DNA of 64,000 nucleotides, taken from the NCBI GenBank assembly GCA_007280905.1, contig QYQM01000054.1, positions 22,107 through 86,106 of the forward strand. The letters run 5' to 3'. A program made the translations under genes and the position numbers. Positions 36,458-46,901 of the stretch are shown in pieces (the stretch's first letter is position 1; each line of letters opens with the position of its first letter). This DNA comes from Porphyromonadaceae bacterium. GTDB taxonomy: Bacteria > Bacteroidota > Bacteroidia > Bacteroidales > UBA12481. The notes below the pieces were generated by a model. That model was not told the origin of the DNA. It did not search any database and was given only the letters and a program-made list of their open reading frames with translations.

Positions 36458-37168
36458 TTATTGTTTGTTCAGATTAATCTGGAAACACCACTCAGTCCGG
36501 GGATAGTAAAGGCAATAAAACAGTTTCATGCTCTGAGGTGTATTCATGTGATACATGATCGTCCGGTTGCATGATTCATTTGTCCATGCATTATTGATCC
36601 ATCGTTGCGTCTGTTCAACCATGATCTCGGTATCCTGACGGCTGACGGGTTCGAAGGAACCTTTTAACGAGTAGCTGTCTTTCTCACTGGTCAAGATCTT
36701 TACAAACTCAAGGGTAATCTGTCCTTCCTGAGTTATTTCTGCACTAACCCTCATAAGTCCCATCCCAAAATCTATCGGACCTCCGCTCCATGTTCCGAGG
36801 TAAGGTGCCGCAGCGGTTGCGACGGAGGTTGAAAAGCTTTTGGTAGTACCATCTTCGGCTGTAACGGTATAAACCACCGGTCCCGAAAAATCTTGCTGCA
36901 GACCGGATGCGGGGCTTACGGTAGCCCGAGGCGATATTTCAATCGTGGGGATTAACTGGCTGATATCTATACCAAACGCAACCTCGGCCGAGATGTTTGT
37001 TCCAACGATATCTCCAAGATAATTCCGTTCCAGTTGTGCATTTTTGCTGGCATCAAAAATGAAGGCGAGAATCTCCTTTTTGCTGGATAATTCTTCCTTT
37101 TTACAGGAAGACATAAATACTGCTCCCACTAGCAGGAACAGGGCCAGAAAGGTAATCTTTCTAACCAT
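36458..37168 (-). CDS. Lipoprotein of unknown function
   Basis: 236 aa. MVRKITFLALFLLVGAVFMSSC lipobox. The N-terminal half resembles the small beta-sandwich modules common in Bacteroidota surface lipoproteins (DFSGPVVYTVTAEDGTTKSF). Confidence 0.6.
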   Translation of the reverse strand: MVRKITFLALFLLVGAVFMSSCKKEELSSKKEILAFIFDASKNAQLERNYLGDIVGTNISAEVAFGIDISQLIPTIEISPRATVSPASGLQQDFSGPVVYTVTAEDGTTKSFSTSVATAAAPYLGTWSGGPIDFGMGLMRVSAEITQEGQITLEFVKILTSEKDSYSLKGSFEPVSRQDTEIMVEQTQRWINNAWTNESCNRTIMYHMNTPQSMKLFYCLYYPRTEWCFQINLNKQ

Positions 37169-37192
37169 GGTTAATTTTTTTAGCGGTTGGAG

Positions 37193-38194
37193 CTAAGGTA
37201 ACATGGCATCCTTAAGGAGGATGCTGAAAAGCTCATTGAGACTCAGGCCTGCAATGGAGGCCTGCTTGGGGACAATACTGTGCGGAGACATACCTGGTAC
37301 AGTGTTCACTTCAAGGAACCAGGGGATTTTGTCAACCAGGATATAGTCCATTCGCACTACTCCCCGGCAATCCAATAAATCATAGATCATTAATGACAGG
37401 TCTTGCACCGACCGTGCAGTTTCCGCGGAAATTCGTGCAGGCGTTATTTCGTCTGACATTCCGGGAGTATACTTGGCTTCGTAATCGAAAAACTCCTTTT
37501 TGCTGATGATCTCAGTAACAGGAAAGACTTCTCTCGTGTATCGGGTCTTAAACAGACCGCACGTAACTTCGGTTCCAACCAGAAACTTTTCAATGATAGC
37601 TTCCCGGTCTTCGCTTAGAGCCCGTTCGAGGGCAGGCAGGATTTCACCTGGATGGTTTACCCTGGAAGTTCCGCAACTGGAACCTCCATTATTGGGTTTA
37701 ACGAAGCAGGGTATTCCAATATTCTCTATAATATTATTGATATCAATCGGTTGGTCTTTTCGGATCAGTAAGGATGGTGAAATTTTAATACCGCTTTCTT
37801 TAAGAAACTGGTTGCAATGAAACTTACTGAATGTGAGGGCACTGCTGAAAGAACGGCAACCGGTGAATGGCATTCCGATCAATTCAAAATAGGCCGGAAG
37901 AATTCCATTTTCGCCTGGTGTGCCATGAATGGAATTTATAACAGCATCAAAATGCCTTACCTTGCCATTGGATTGCCAGCTAAAATCATGACGGTTAACC
38001 GGATAAATTGATCCATCCTTATCATGAACCTCCCAGCCTTGCTGCGAAATCAATACAACCCGCGCATCATAGTGTTCAGTATCAAGATTGTTTAAAATAT
38101 TATTTGCACTTTTAATGGAGATTTCGTATTCGGATGAGTCTCCTCCAGCAACAATGGCAATATTTAAAGGATTGGAATTCATCAATTTAGACAA
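37193..38194 (-). CDS. ddl: D-alanine--D-alanine ligase
   Basis: 333 aa. IAIVAGGDSSEYEISIKSA, HGTPGENG, FVKPNNGGSSCG, EVNTVPGMS. Confidence 0.92.
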   Translation of the reverse strand: MSKLMNSNPLNIAIVAGGDSSEYEISIKSANNILNNLDTEHYDARVVLISQQGWEVHDKDGSIYPVNRHDFSWQSNGKVRHFDAVINSIHGTPGENGILPAYFELIGMPFTGCRSFSSALTFSKFHCNQFLKESGIKISPSLLIRKDQPIDINNIIENIGIPCFVKPNNGGSSCGTSRVNHPGEILPALERALSEDREAIIEKFLVGTEVTCGLFKTRYTREVFPVTEIISKKEFFDYEAKYTPGMSDEITPARISAETARSVQDLSLMIYDLLDCRGVVRMDYILVDKIPWFLEVNTVPGMSPHSIVPKQASIAGLSLNELFSILLKDAMLP

Positions 38195-38260
38195 TCAGAA
38201 TTTGGTCTGATTCTCTTGCTTAATTTACGAATTTTTATACCAATTTGTTTCGTTTAGCAA

Positions 38261-39310
38261 CTAAAGATCCTGAGTCCGGCCACCCAGGTATGTACGCCAT
38301 TTCCGGATTACCTCCGTCATATCTTCCGGCAGTTCGGAATTGAATTGCATCCAGACCTTGGTTTCGGGATGCGTAAATCCAAGCTCTTTTGCGTGCAAAG
38401 CTTGACGAGGCATAATTTTAAAGCAGTTTTCAATAAACTGACGGTATTTGGTAAATGTGGTTCCTTTCAGAATAAGATTGCCTCCGTAATCAGCATCGTT
38501 GAACAGGGGATGGCCGATGTATTTCATGTGAATGCGGATCTGGTGTGTGCGGCCGGTTTCCAGACGGCACTCAATCAGCGATATGTAGCCAAAATCTTCC
38601 AGTACTTTATAATGGGTAACGGCCCTTTTCCCCAGTAACCCATCGGGAAAAACGGTCATGACCTGGCGGTTTTTCGGATTTCGGCCGATATTTGCATCGA
38701 TCGTGCCTTCAGCTTCTGTTGGCACGCCCCAAACCAGAGCCTGATAGATCCGGTGCGAAGTTTTATTATAAAACTGTTTACCCAGATAACTCTTTGCTTT
38801 TTCGGTTTTAGCAACCACCAGCAATCCGGAAGTATCCTTATCTATGCGGTGAACCAGTCCGGCACGGATATCTTCCTGCGTAAACATCTCGAGTGCCCGA
38901 TAACGGTGCGCAAGGGCGTGGACCAGGGTACCACTGTAGTTGCCATGTGCAGGGTGAACCACCATGCCGGGTTTTTTATTTACAACCAGGAGTGAATCAT
39001 CCTCATAAACAACATCAATGGGAATGTCCTCCGGAACAAGCTCAAATTCCTTCCGTGGAAAGGAGAGCATTATAACAATCTGATCACCTGGCTTTACCTT
39101 GTAATTAGCCTTAACAGGTTTGTCATTAACAAATATGCATCCTGCATCGGCAGCATCTTTGATTTTAGTACGGGAGGTGTCCTGTAGTCTGTCAATCAGG
39201 AATTTATCTATACGTAAAAGGGACTGCCCCGGATCAGCTACAAATCGGAAATGTTCAAAAAGCTCGTTTTTCTCCTCTGGCTCATCGAGGTGCAACCATA
39301 TTTTATTCAT
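38261..39310 (-). CDS. rluD: RluA-family 23S rRNA pseudouridine synthase (RluD-like)
   Basis: 349 aa. N-terminal S4 domain, LVHRIDKDTSGLLVVAK, GRTHQIRIHM. Confidence 0.88.
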   Translation of the reverse strand: MNKIWLHLDEPEEKNELFEHFRFVADPGQSLLRIDKFLIDRLQDTSRTKIKDAADAGCIFVNDKPVKANYKVKPGDQIVIMLSFPRKEFELVPEDIPIDVVYEDDSLLVVNKKPGMVVHPAHGNYSGTLVHALAHRYRALEMFTQEDIRAGLVHRIDKDTSGLLVVAKTEKAKSYLGKQFYNKTSHRIYQALVWGVPTEAEGTIDANIGRNPKNRQVMTVFPDGLLGKRAVTHYKVLEDFGYISLIECRLETGRTHQIRIHMKYIGHPLFNDADYGGNLILKGTTFTKYRQFIENCFKIMPRQALHAKELGFTHPETKVWMQFNSELPEDMTEVIRKWRTYLGGRTQDL

Positions 39311-41171
39311 GGATAATAATCAACTTTTGCCGGGTGTGGATCCCGGAATCCGACTGAACCTGTATCAAATAAATTCCATTGGGCAGATCAGAAACGGCAA
39401 TTTTGCATACAGGCCCGGTTTCCCGTAAATTCCGGATTATTCGGCCATTAAGATCGGTCAGCGTAATCCGGATAGTTTCGGACTGATCGCCGCAATCAAT
39501 CCGGATTAAATCATTGGATGGATTGGGATATATTTTTACCGGGTTATTGAGGTTATGTGACAGATCTGCAGGATCTATGCCGGATTTGCGTGATTTATTG
39601 GCAAATACCGGCCTGATCATCAGAGACCCTTCAAACTCTGAGGTTTGCCAGGTGCCACTGATGTTGAAGAAAATATCCTGCCCATGATTATTCTGGCGGT
39701 CGAAGCCGACGTTTAAAAAATCCGCAGTGGTTTGTAACCAGCCGACATAGTAGGTGCCGGTAACAACCTGCGCGGTATCGAGTTTTATCCGTTGAAATTT
39801 ATTGATCCCGTTATACTCTGGTATGGCACCATCCTGATCATAAAGCAGCTCGCCAGGCTTATTATTATCATCGGCCCAAACTGCCAGACGAAAGTATTTC
39901 CGGCTTGCATCGGCAAAACTGCGGTTGAAAAAAAAGTCCACCGCAAACAATGAATCCCCGCTTTTCAGGTTATTAAAACGATACGCCAGTTTTGCGGTGC
40001 GGGAGCCCTCGCCAACCAATCCGTAACCTGCTTCTGATGAGCCGTCGTCATAAGCATAGTAATCAGAAAAAATCTGTTCAGATACGATCTTGTCGTTACC
40101 GGGTATCCAGTCGGGAGTTGCCTGATTCAGGTCGAGTGACACCTCAAACAGCGCTGAATCCTTGTCATCGCTTGTAAAGCCGTAGTTGAATGCAGCATCG
40201 TAATTCAGGGTTTGGAATGCTTTGACTTCATCAGACTGAAAGTTTTTTTCAAAACCTGTTCCTGCCACCCAAACCGGTGAAATACGGAATACCGGGGAAA
40301 ATACCCGTCGATCCGACGAGAGGTTATTCAGGCTGACCTGGAAGATGGCTTTAACCGCAGAAATGCCGGCTATTTTGAAATGTTCCCAGGGCATGGCTGT
40401 GTAGTTGAGAAGTAGAGAACCCACAGGTTGAACAAGAGCAGCGTCCTGCATGATGGTATCGTTGTAATGACGGCCATTGTTGAGGTATACGTAATCGAGG
40501 TTCCAATGGTCGGCGTTGACTTTTAAGCTCGGTTCATAGGAAGGGGAAAGGGATGCATAATTGCGGAAACGGAAGCGGAATCCTTTTTGAAGGAAACGTG
40601 AATCGGTGATGTTAATCATCACGATCCTGAAATCGTGCGAAGTGCTGCCAGGTGTACTCCATATGCGGAACCAGCGATTATTGTCAGGTGCATAAAACTC
40701 AACTACCAGCGAATCCTCCGGCTCAGGGGCATCTCCAATTCCCTGGGGTTGATAATAAAAACTAAGGTAAATGGTAGTATCTCTGGGAAGGAAAAGGTTA
40801 ACCGGCAGGGAGGTAAGGGCATCGGCCAGAAATGACTGCACGGTGGCGGTACTGTAAATAGTACCGGTTGAGTCGATTGCATCAAATGTGGCTACACCAT
40901 AGGTGGGAGGATTGATTGCAAAGGAATGATTTATATTGACATTGTAATCGGTCCAGCGTATACTCTCAGGGTAAGGTGAAAAACCGCTGAAATCATCACG
41001 TATGGGCAGCTGCAGTGTATCCGGAATACCGGATTTGAATGGGATTGATTGACCCGGATTGATAAGCACCGGATTTGAGGTAACTGAAACCAGCCTTTCC
41101 TGTGCCTGGCTGTAGTTTCCCAGAACAACTACCAGAAAACAGATTATGTAAACAATATATTTAAACTTCAT
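39303..41171 (-). CDS. T9SS C-terminal-target-domain secreted protein, function unknown
   Basis: ATG at 41171 gives signal peptide MKFKYIVYIICFLVVVLGNYSQAQ. C-terminus VKIYPNPSNDLIRIDCG...LPNGIYLIQVQS. 8-nt overlap with the rluD start. Confidence 0.7.
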   Translation of the reverse strand: MKFKYIVYIICFLVVVLGNYSQAQERLVSVTSNPVLINPGQSIPFKSGIPDTLQLPIRDDFSGFSPYPESIRWTDYNVNINHSFAINPPTYGVATFDAIDSTGTIYSTATVQSFLADALTSLPVNLFLPRDTTIYLSFYYQPQGIGDAPEPEDSLVVEFYAPDNNRWFRIWSTPGSTSHDFRIVMINITDSRFLQKGFRFRFRNYASLSPSYEPSLKVNADHWNLDYVYLNNGRHYNDTIMQDAALVQPVGSLLLNYTAMPWEHFKIAGISAVKAIFQVSLNNLSSDRRVFSPVFRISPVWVAGTGFEKNFQSDEVKAFQTLNYDAAFNYGFTSDDKDSALFEVSLDLNQATPDWIPGNDKIVSEQIFSDYYAYDDGSSEAGYGLVGEGSRTAKLAYRFNNLKSGDSLFAVDFFFNRSFADASRKYFRLAVWADDNNKPGELLYDQDGAIPEYNGINKFQRIKLDTAQVVTGTYYVGWLQTTADFLNVGFDRQNNHGQDIFFNISGTWQTSEFEGSLMIRPVFANKSRKSGIDPADLSHNLNNPVKIYPNPSNDLIRIDCGDQSETIRITLTDLNGRIIRNLRETGPVCKIAVSDLPNGIYLIQVQSDSGIHTRQKLIIIHE

Positions 41172-41175
41172 GAAA

Positions 41176-42024
41176 TCATTTTTGTTTTTGCGCAGTGTCA
41201 TTAATAAGAGTGTCCTTCATAGAGAAGGCCGAATCCTTTTGCATGATCCGGAGCGAATCCATTGTGAGCCAGATGTCGATTGATGTTCCCAGCCTGGCCT
41301 GATTGTTGAAATCGGGGAATTGCCTGTAAACCTTAGCCAGTGAGCTATCCATGGCATTGGTGACCGTTGAGTCGTATTGCGTAGCACCAAGGTTAAAATA
41401 GTTATCAAAAGCAATGATACGTGCCGTTTCCCGGCCGATGTTCATTAAATTCGGCACCGGCGAGCGTTCATTGCTCAGCCCTTCGCCCACTACCAGGGTA
41501 ATACCGGAGCCTTTTTCGATATTAGTACCTTCGGCTATTAACTTTCCCCCGAATTTCTGCTCCAGTACATAAGTCGGGGCAAAATGGGGGATGTACTCGA
41601 TGTTGGTAATATGGAGCCCTGCACTGGATAATACCCTTTCAGCCTGCCGGTAAGGCATATCGTAGGCTTTTGGCATCTTTATCATTTGAGGGAACCAACA
41701 GTTGGTGATGATGAAGATTTTCCGGTTTTTCTTTATGCCTGACCCTGGCTCAGGATATTGGTCAAGGACCGTACCACGTGGAGATTCAGCAAGATAGGTT
41801 GAATCCTGAACGATCCACACAATATGATTCTGCGAACACAGTCGGTCAACTTGCTGAAGCGACATCCCGGTGAAATCCGGAACACGGATCTTTTTTCCAT
41901 GTCCGGTATAAAAATAGAGACTGATCTGAACCAGAATGATCAAACCAAGAGTAACCAATCCGGCAATCAGTACATTCTTCCAAAAAATCCGGCTTAGCAG
42001 GAAATGAACTACGGGTGACTTCAT
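41176..42024 (-). CDS. PASTA domain-containing membrane protein
   Basis: 282 aa. One N-terminal TM segment, then repeated PASTA-like units (IRVPDFTGMSLQQVDRL..., KMPKAYDMPYRQAERVLSSAGL..., VPNLMNIGRETA). Confidence 0.7.
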   Translation of the reverse strand: MKSPVVHFLLSRIFWKNVLIAGLVTLGLIILVQISLYFYTGHGKKIRVPDFTGMSLQQVDRLCSQNHIVWIVQDSTYLAESPRGTVLDQYPEPGSGIKKNRKIFIITNCWFPQMIKMPKAYDMPYRQAERVLSSAGLHITNIEYIPHFAPTYVLEQKFGGKLIAEGTNIEKGSGITLVVGEGLSNERSPVPNLMNIGRETARIIAFDNYFNLGATQYDSTVTNAMDSSLAKVYRQFPDFNNQARLGTSIDIWLTMDSLRIMQKDSAFSMKDTLINDTAQKQK

Positions 42025-42084
42025 AATGGATTACAGCTGCATTAACAACGTTTCGGCAAAGATAAAATTATATGATGGATTGAG

Positions 42085-43182
42085 TTAATAGATTTTCAGA
42101 GTGTTGTACAGGGTGTCGCGCTCAACGGGCTCAAGCCCGCTGCTCCGGATCAGCGAAACCAAACCTTCGGTTGTCATAGCCGGATTCTGATCCTCAGCTC
42201 CTGCCATGGAATAGATCCGGGTGGTATCCTCAATGGTGCCGTCAAGGTCGTCAACACCAAAAGAAAGGGATAACCCCGCGATCTCTTTACCGATCATAGG
42301 CCAATAAGCTTTCAGATGGGGGAAATTATCGAGAAAAATCCGGCTGATTGCATAATTCCGGAGGTCTTCAATAGTGCTGACCTCGCCAATGACTCCTAAG
42401 GAATTATTGGCTTTCCGGTATTTCAGCGGTATAAAAACCTGAAAACCACCGGTTCTATCCTGTAGCTGCCTTAATCGGTTAAGGTGATCGATCCGCTGAA
42501 CGTAATTCTCAAGATGTCCGTACAACATCGTTGCATTAGTGGGGATCCCGATACGATGAGCCGATTCATGGATCGCAAGCCAGGTTACGGAATCGGTTTT
42601 ATCCGGACAAATCGTTTTCCTCAGTTCTTCATCAAAAATCTCTGCCCCTCCACCCGGGATAGAATCCAAACCTGCTGATTTAAGCCGTATCAATCCTTCT
42701 TCAACCGAGACCTGGCTTTTGCGGAACATGAAGTCGAGCTCCACCGCCGTAAATGCCTTGATAAAGAGGGTTGGATTTAATTTCCTGATCTGGCGAAGCA
42801 TATTTTCGTAATAATCGAGTGTGCGATGGGGATGTACTCCTCCAACAATGTGCACCTCGGTAGCTGAAAGATCTTTAAATTGATTGATCTCCAGTAATAT
42901 ATCATCCAGGCTCATCTCCCAGGAACCGGGTTGGTTAAATTTCCGGGAATACGAACAGAACCGGCAATTGTGTATACAGATATTGGTAGGTTCAATGTGA
43001 AAGTTGCGATTGAAATAGACACTTTTCCCGCTTTTCCTCTCTTTAACCTGACATGACAACCGCGACAGATAACCGAGCCCGGCAAATTCATAAAGATATA
43101 ATCCGTCGTCCGGCTCGATCCGATTGCCTTCAGCAACAGATTTTTCTATTTTCTTTAAATGATTATCCTGAACCCCGATCAT
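42085..43182 (-). CDS. mqnE: Radical SAM enzyme of the MqnE/MqnC/CofH family, most like aminofutalosine synthase
   Basis: ATG at 43182. [24 protein letters not shown] (CxxxCxxC). The YFNxNxHIxPTNIC context fits MqnE better than MqnC, judged from memory only. Confidence 0.5.
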   Translation of the reverse strand: MIGVQDNHLKKIEKSVAEGNRIEPDDGLYLYEFAGLGYLSRLSCQVKERKSGKSVYFNRNFHIEPTNICIHNCRFCSYSRKFNQPGSWEMSLDDILLEINQFKDLSATEVHIVGGVHPHRTLDYYENMLRQIRKLNPTLFIKAFTAVELDFMFRKSQVSVEEGLIRLKSAGLDSIPGGGAEIFDEELRKTICPDKTDSVTWLAIHESAHRIGIPTNATMLYGHLENYVQRIDHLNRLRQLQDRTGGFQVFIPLKYRKANNSLGVIGEVSTIEDLRNYAISRIFLDNFPHLKAYWPMIGKEIAGLSLSFGVDDLDGTIEDTTRIYSMAGAEDQNPAMTTEGLVSLIRSSGLEPVERDTLYNTLKIY

Positions 43183-43276
43183 ACCCGATTTTGTTAGATT
43201 TTGCGGCCTCCAAAGGTACGACAAAATGCTATTTGGGCGACCCGCTATCTTTTTCGATATTTGTCCGCATTCAATC

Positions 43277-44866
43277 ATGAGTCAAAAAAAGAGAGCCATA
43301 ATTATCGGTGCCGGTCCCGCCGGGTTAACTGCAGCCTTTGAGTTGCTGGCCAGGACAGATATTGACGCTGTGGTTATGGAGGCTACCGGTCAGATAGGCG
43401 GTATCTCTCAAACGTTCGAATATAAGGGCAACCGGATGGATATCGGCGGGCATAGGTTTTTTTCTAAATCCGACCGCGTTTTGAACTGGTGGCTGAAAAT
43501 ACTGCCGATTGAACTCAGCAGTGAAGAGGGTAAGGACTTGACGATTACTTACCAAAACAGAACGAAAATGCTCCATACCGAAAGCCGGGAAAATGAGCCC
43601 AAACATCCTGATAAAGTGATGCTTGTCAGGAACCGGCTGTCGAGAATCTTCTATGGCAGAAGGTTTTATTCTTACCCCATTCGATTAGATCTCAATACCC
43701 TCCGGAATCTTGGAATGAAGCGGATATTACTCATCGGATGGTCGTATTTTTTTGCCCGGCTAAAACCAATAAAGCCGGAAAATAGTTTGGAGGCTTTTTT
43801 TATAAACCGGTTTGGTAAAGAATTGTATCACACCTTCTTTAAAGATTATACTGAAAAAGTGTGGGGAGTACCCTGCAATGAAATTAAACCGGAATGGGGG
43901 GCCCAGCGTGTGAAAGGCCTGTCGGTATCAAAAGCACTCTGGCATGCACTGAAATCGATCTTCCCGAAGGAAAGCAGCATCGATCAAAAGGGGACTGAAA
44001 CCAGCCTGATTGAACGGTTCCTTTACCCAAAACTCGGACCCGGTCAGCTTTGGCAGGAGGTGGCCTTGAAAATCACTGAAATGGGAGGAGCAATCCACAA
44101 TAATTGCAAAGTTTCCCGCCTCGAATGGAAAGAAGGATTGGTTACCGGGGTATGGTTCCGGAATGATCCGAACGGGGAGGAAGAATTTAAAGAGGCTGAT
44201 TATGTTTTTTCTACTATGCCCGTAAAAGACCTGATATGGGGGATGGGTGCCGTGGTTCCGGAATCAGTCAGGGTTGTTGCGGATGGTTTGCAATACCGGG
44301 ATTTTATCACTCTCGGACTTTTATACAGGAAAATGATGATTTGCCGGCCGGATTGCATTGGTGACAAAAGGGTTCCTGATAACTGGATCTATATCCAGGA
44401 AGCAGATGTTAAAGTTGGGAGAATCCAGGTTTTTAATAACTGGAGCCCCTTTATGGTAAATGATCAGAATACGGTGTGGCTTGGACTGGAATATTTCTGT
44501 CAGGAAGGTGACGACCTCTGGATGGCAACAGATAAAGATTTGATCCAGAAAGGCATAGCAGAACTAAAGAAAATCGGATTTTGCCATCCGGATGATTTTC
44601 TTGATGGTACGGTGGTCCGGATGCCTAAAACCTATCCGGCCTATTTTGGAACCTATGACCAGTTTGATACCATTCGCCGGTTCACCGATTCATTCGACAA
44701 TCTTTTTCTATTGGGCCGCAATGGGATGCATCGGTACAACAATCAGGATCATAGCATGTTAACTGCCATGACTGCAGTTGATCTCATCTTAGAAGGAAGT
44801 ACGAAAAAAGATTCAGTCTGGGCAGTCAATACAGAGGAGGAATATCATGAAGGTTTTGCAAAATAG
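43277..44866 (+). CDS. NAD(P)/FAD-dependent oxidoreductase (amine-oxidase / UDP-galactopyranose-mutase-like fold)
   Basis: ATG at 43277. [17 protein letters not shown] dinucleotide-binding motif, [22 protein letters not shown]. Confidence 0.75.
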   Translation: MSQKKRAIIIGAGPAGLTAAFELLARTDIDAVVMEATGQIGGISQTFEYKGNRMDIGGHRFFSKSDRVLNWWLKILPIELSSEEGKDLTITYQNRTKMLHTESRENEPKHPDKVMLVRNRLSRIFYGRRFYSYPIRLDLNTLRNLGMKRILLIGWSYFFARLKPIKPENSLEAFFINRFGKELYHTFFKDYTEKVWGVPCNEIKPEWGAQRVKGLSVSKALWHALKSIFPKESSIDQKGTETSLIERFLYPKLGPGQLWQEVALKITEMGGAIHNNCKVSRLEWKEGLVTGVWFRNDPNGEEEFKEADYVFSTMPVKDLIWGMGAVVPESVRVVADGLQYRDFITLGLLYRKMMICRPDCIGDKRVPDNWIYIQEADVKVGRIQVFNNWSPFMVNDQNTVWLGLEYFCQEGDDLWMATDKDLIQKGIAELKKIGFCHPDDFLDGTVVRMPKTYPAYFGTYDQFDTIRRFTDSFDNLFLLGRNGMHRYNNQDHSMLTAMTAVDLILEGSTKKDSVWAVNTEEEYHEGFAK

Positions 44867-46607
44867 GCCGGTTACCATACTGATTGTTTTTATTACGATG
44901 TTTATCGTCGGGGTTTATGCCGTTCTCAGGATACCCTCCACTGAAGGCTTTAATCCGACCGACGACGGGGTTATCCTGGCACAATCTTACCGGATACTAA
45001 ACGGTGAAATTCCGCACCGGGATTTTATCTCCATTCGCCCTGCCGGTTCTGCAGTAATGCACATGATTCATTTTTTCTCACCCCTACCGCTTGAGATTTC
45101 TGCCAGATGGCTGGTGTTAATCGAGTACTTAATTTACTCAATATTGATAACATTTTTATTGACAGGCTCTTGGTTTAAGGGATTGCGAAAGGCCTATTAT
45201 CTTTTACTAGTATCGGGGTCGGTTGTGGTGATGTTTATTCTCAATCAGAATCATTATAACCTTTTTCCATGGACCACCATTGATGGACTGTTTTGGTTCA
45301 GTTTTGCTTTATTTGCCTGGTACAAATTAAAAATCCATCCAACCGGAAAACACTTAAGATGGCAAATCCTGATACTGTTTGCTGTTACCTGTTCGCTATT
45401 ATGCCGGCAGACATTTGCTTTACCAGGCGGACTGCTTGCCCTTCGAATGATCATTTGGGAAATCAGGCTAAAGCAGCAACATTGGCTAAGGGTACTCTGC
45501 AGCCTTCTGCCTGCCATGATTATCGGATTATTACCCGGATGGCTTTATGCAGTTGTATTAACTTTTACCGGCACGTGGCCTGATTTCATTCAACAGATGA
45601 CCGGGCGCACCGAATTATGGGAAACCGGGATGATTCGGTTTTCGCATGCTTTCTGGCATTCGCCTGTGCTGATTTTGTTCGGGGTGGCAATCGTTTCCGG
45701 ACTGATTAAGACTTGGAACACGGAATCCGGCAAGGATAATTACCGGATTGATATGATCATCATGGTTCAGAAATCAGTCAGCTTTTTTATCAAAATAGTT
45801 TTGGTTTTTGTTGTTTTCATAAAACCAGCCTTGCTTTTCACCATTTCGTTCACCTTTTTCTGGATTTTGATTCTCGATGTTTTCTTGATTTATCTGCATG
45901 ATCGTCAGTTTTCAAGATGGACCCGGCCAACATTCTGGATTTTGCTTATTGCCTGGACGAGTGCCATCTCGCTTGGGGACAATGCTCCGGTTTTCGTGCT
46001 GGGCTGGCTTGCCGGGACTGCAATCTTAATGCAGATAAAGGATTTCTGGAACCGGATTTACCGGAATGTAAGGCCTTATCAGTTGATAGCCGCAGGATTA
46101 TTAATCCCGTCACTTTTTGTTTTATCGCTGGTGGTTCAGCCTCGTGTGAATTACCGCGACTTGCCTGCAAAACAACTCACATGTCAGGGTGGAAATATTT
46201 TCCCGGGCCTTGCTGGTGTGAGGATCTCACCCGCTATGTCGGAATATCTGTCAGAAATTAAAAAACTTTATAATGAGTTTGGTTCTCCCCAAAGAAGGTT
46301 TGCTGTTTGGCCGAACAATGCTTTGATTTATCCGTTGCTCGGCATTAAGAATCCTTTTCTACTGGATTGGATGCAAGCTGCTGAATATGTTGGGAATGAG
46401 AAAAGGGTTATTAAATCAACCCGAAACATTCTTGAAAAGCAGGATTTAATTATTCTGGTGGAGAAGGTGAATGTTAAATGGATAGCGACAGAACGGGTGC
46501 CAGTTGACAGCCGATCGGCGGATTACCTTTATCTTCAGTTGCTTGATACTTTAGCCCGGCAGGTAAATGCAGAGAGCACCTGGTTCAAGGTATACCATAC
46601 CAAATAG
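44847..46607 (+). CDS. Polytopic integral membrane protein (roughly 12 or more TM segments), function unknown
   Basis: 586 aa, hydrophobic throughout the first ~400 aa with a soluble C-terminal ~170 aa. 20-nt overlap with the oxidoreductase gene. Confidence 0.6.
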   Translation: MKVLQNRPVTILIVFITMFIVGVYAVLRIPSTEGFNPTDDGVILAQSYRILNGEIPHRDFISIRPAGSAVMHMIHFFSPLPLEISARWLVLIEYLIYSILITFLLTGSWFKGLRKAYYLLLVSGSVVVMFILNQNHYNLFPWTTIDGLFWFSFALFAWYKLKIHPTGKHLRWQILILFAVTCSLLCRQTFALPGGLLALRMIIWEIRLKQQHWLRVLCSLLPAMIIGLLPGWLYAVVLTFTGTWPDFIQQMTGRTELWETGMIRFSHAFWHSPVLILFGVAIVSGLIKTWNTESGKDNYRIDMIIMVQKSVSFFIKIVLVFVVFIKPALLFTISFTFFWILILDVFLIYLHDRQFSRWTRPTFWILLIAWTSAISLGDNAPVFVLGWLAGTAILMQIKDFWNRIYRNVRPYQLIAAGLLIPSLFVLSLVVQPRVNYRDLPAKQLTCQGGNIFPGLAGVRISPAMSEYLSEIKKLYNEFGSPQRRFAVWPNNALIYPLLGIKNPFLLDWMQAAEYVGNEKRVIKSTRNILEKQDLIILVEKVNVKWIATERVPVDSRSADYLYLQLLDTLARQVNAESTWFKVYHTK

Positions 46608-46611
46608 AAAA

Positions 46612-46630
46612 TCCCCGTTGCTGGCGGGGA
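46612..46630. terminator. Hairpin between convergent genes (bidirectional terminator candidate)
   Basis: tccccg-ttgctgg-cgggga, flanked by aaaa upstream and tcggtatttt downstream. Confidence 0.5.
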
Positions 46631-46656
46631 TCGGTATTTTCAATAAGGAAATTTCC

Positions 46657-46815
46657 CTATACTTTATGCCTTGGTTCGTCGGATACTGTCAGTTTTGTGC
46701 GTCCTTTGGCACGACGGTTAGCCAAAACAGCACGTCCGCCTACAGTTGCCATTCTTTCGCGAAAGCCGTGTTTGTTCTTCCTTTTGCGGTTGTGAGGTTG
46801 AAATGTCCTTTTCAT
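46657..46815 (-). CDS. rpmH: 50S ribosomal protein L34
   Basis: Manual translation of the minus strand gives [52 protein letters not shown] (52 aa). It is below the ORF-track length cut-off. Confidence 0.92.
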   Translation of the reverse strand: MKRTFQPHNRKRKNKHGFRERMATVGGRAVLANRRAKGRTKLTVSDEPRHKV

Positions 46816-46857
46816 GATCGTATCGCTTTTACGTAAGTATCCCTAAAAATTGGATGG

Positions 46858-46887
46858 CAAAGATAAAGATTATTTAATAAAAACAAA
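46858..46887 (-). promoter_or_regulatory. Bacteroidota-type promoter candidate for rpmH
   Basis: Minus strand: TTTG (46887-46884), 18 nt spacer, TATCTTTG (46865-46858). Confidence 0.45.
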
Positions 46888-46901
46888 AACCTTGAACGGT
46901 T

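Noticed and set aside
46567-46836. 89-aa plus-strand ORF
   Set aside because: It is the antisense shadow of rpmH (L34), which is clearly encoded on the minus strand at 46657-46815.
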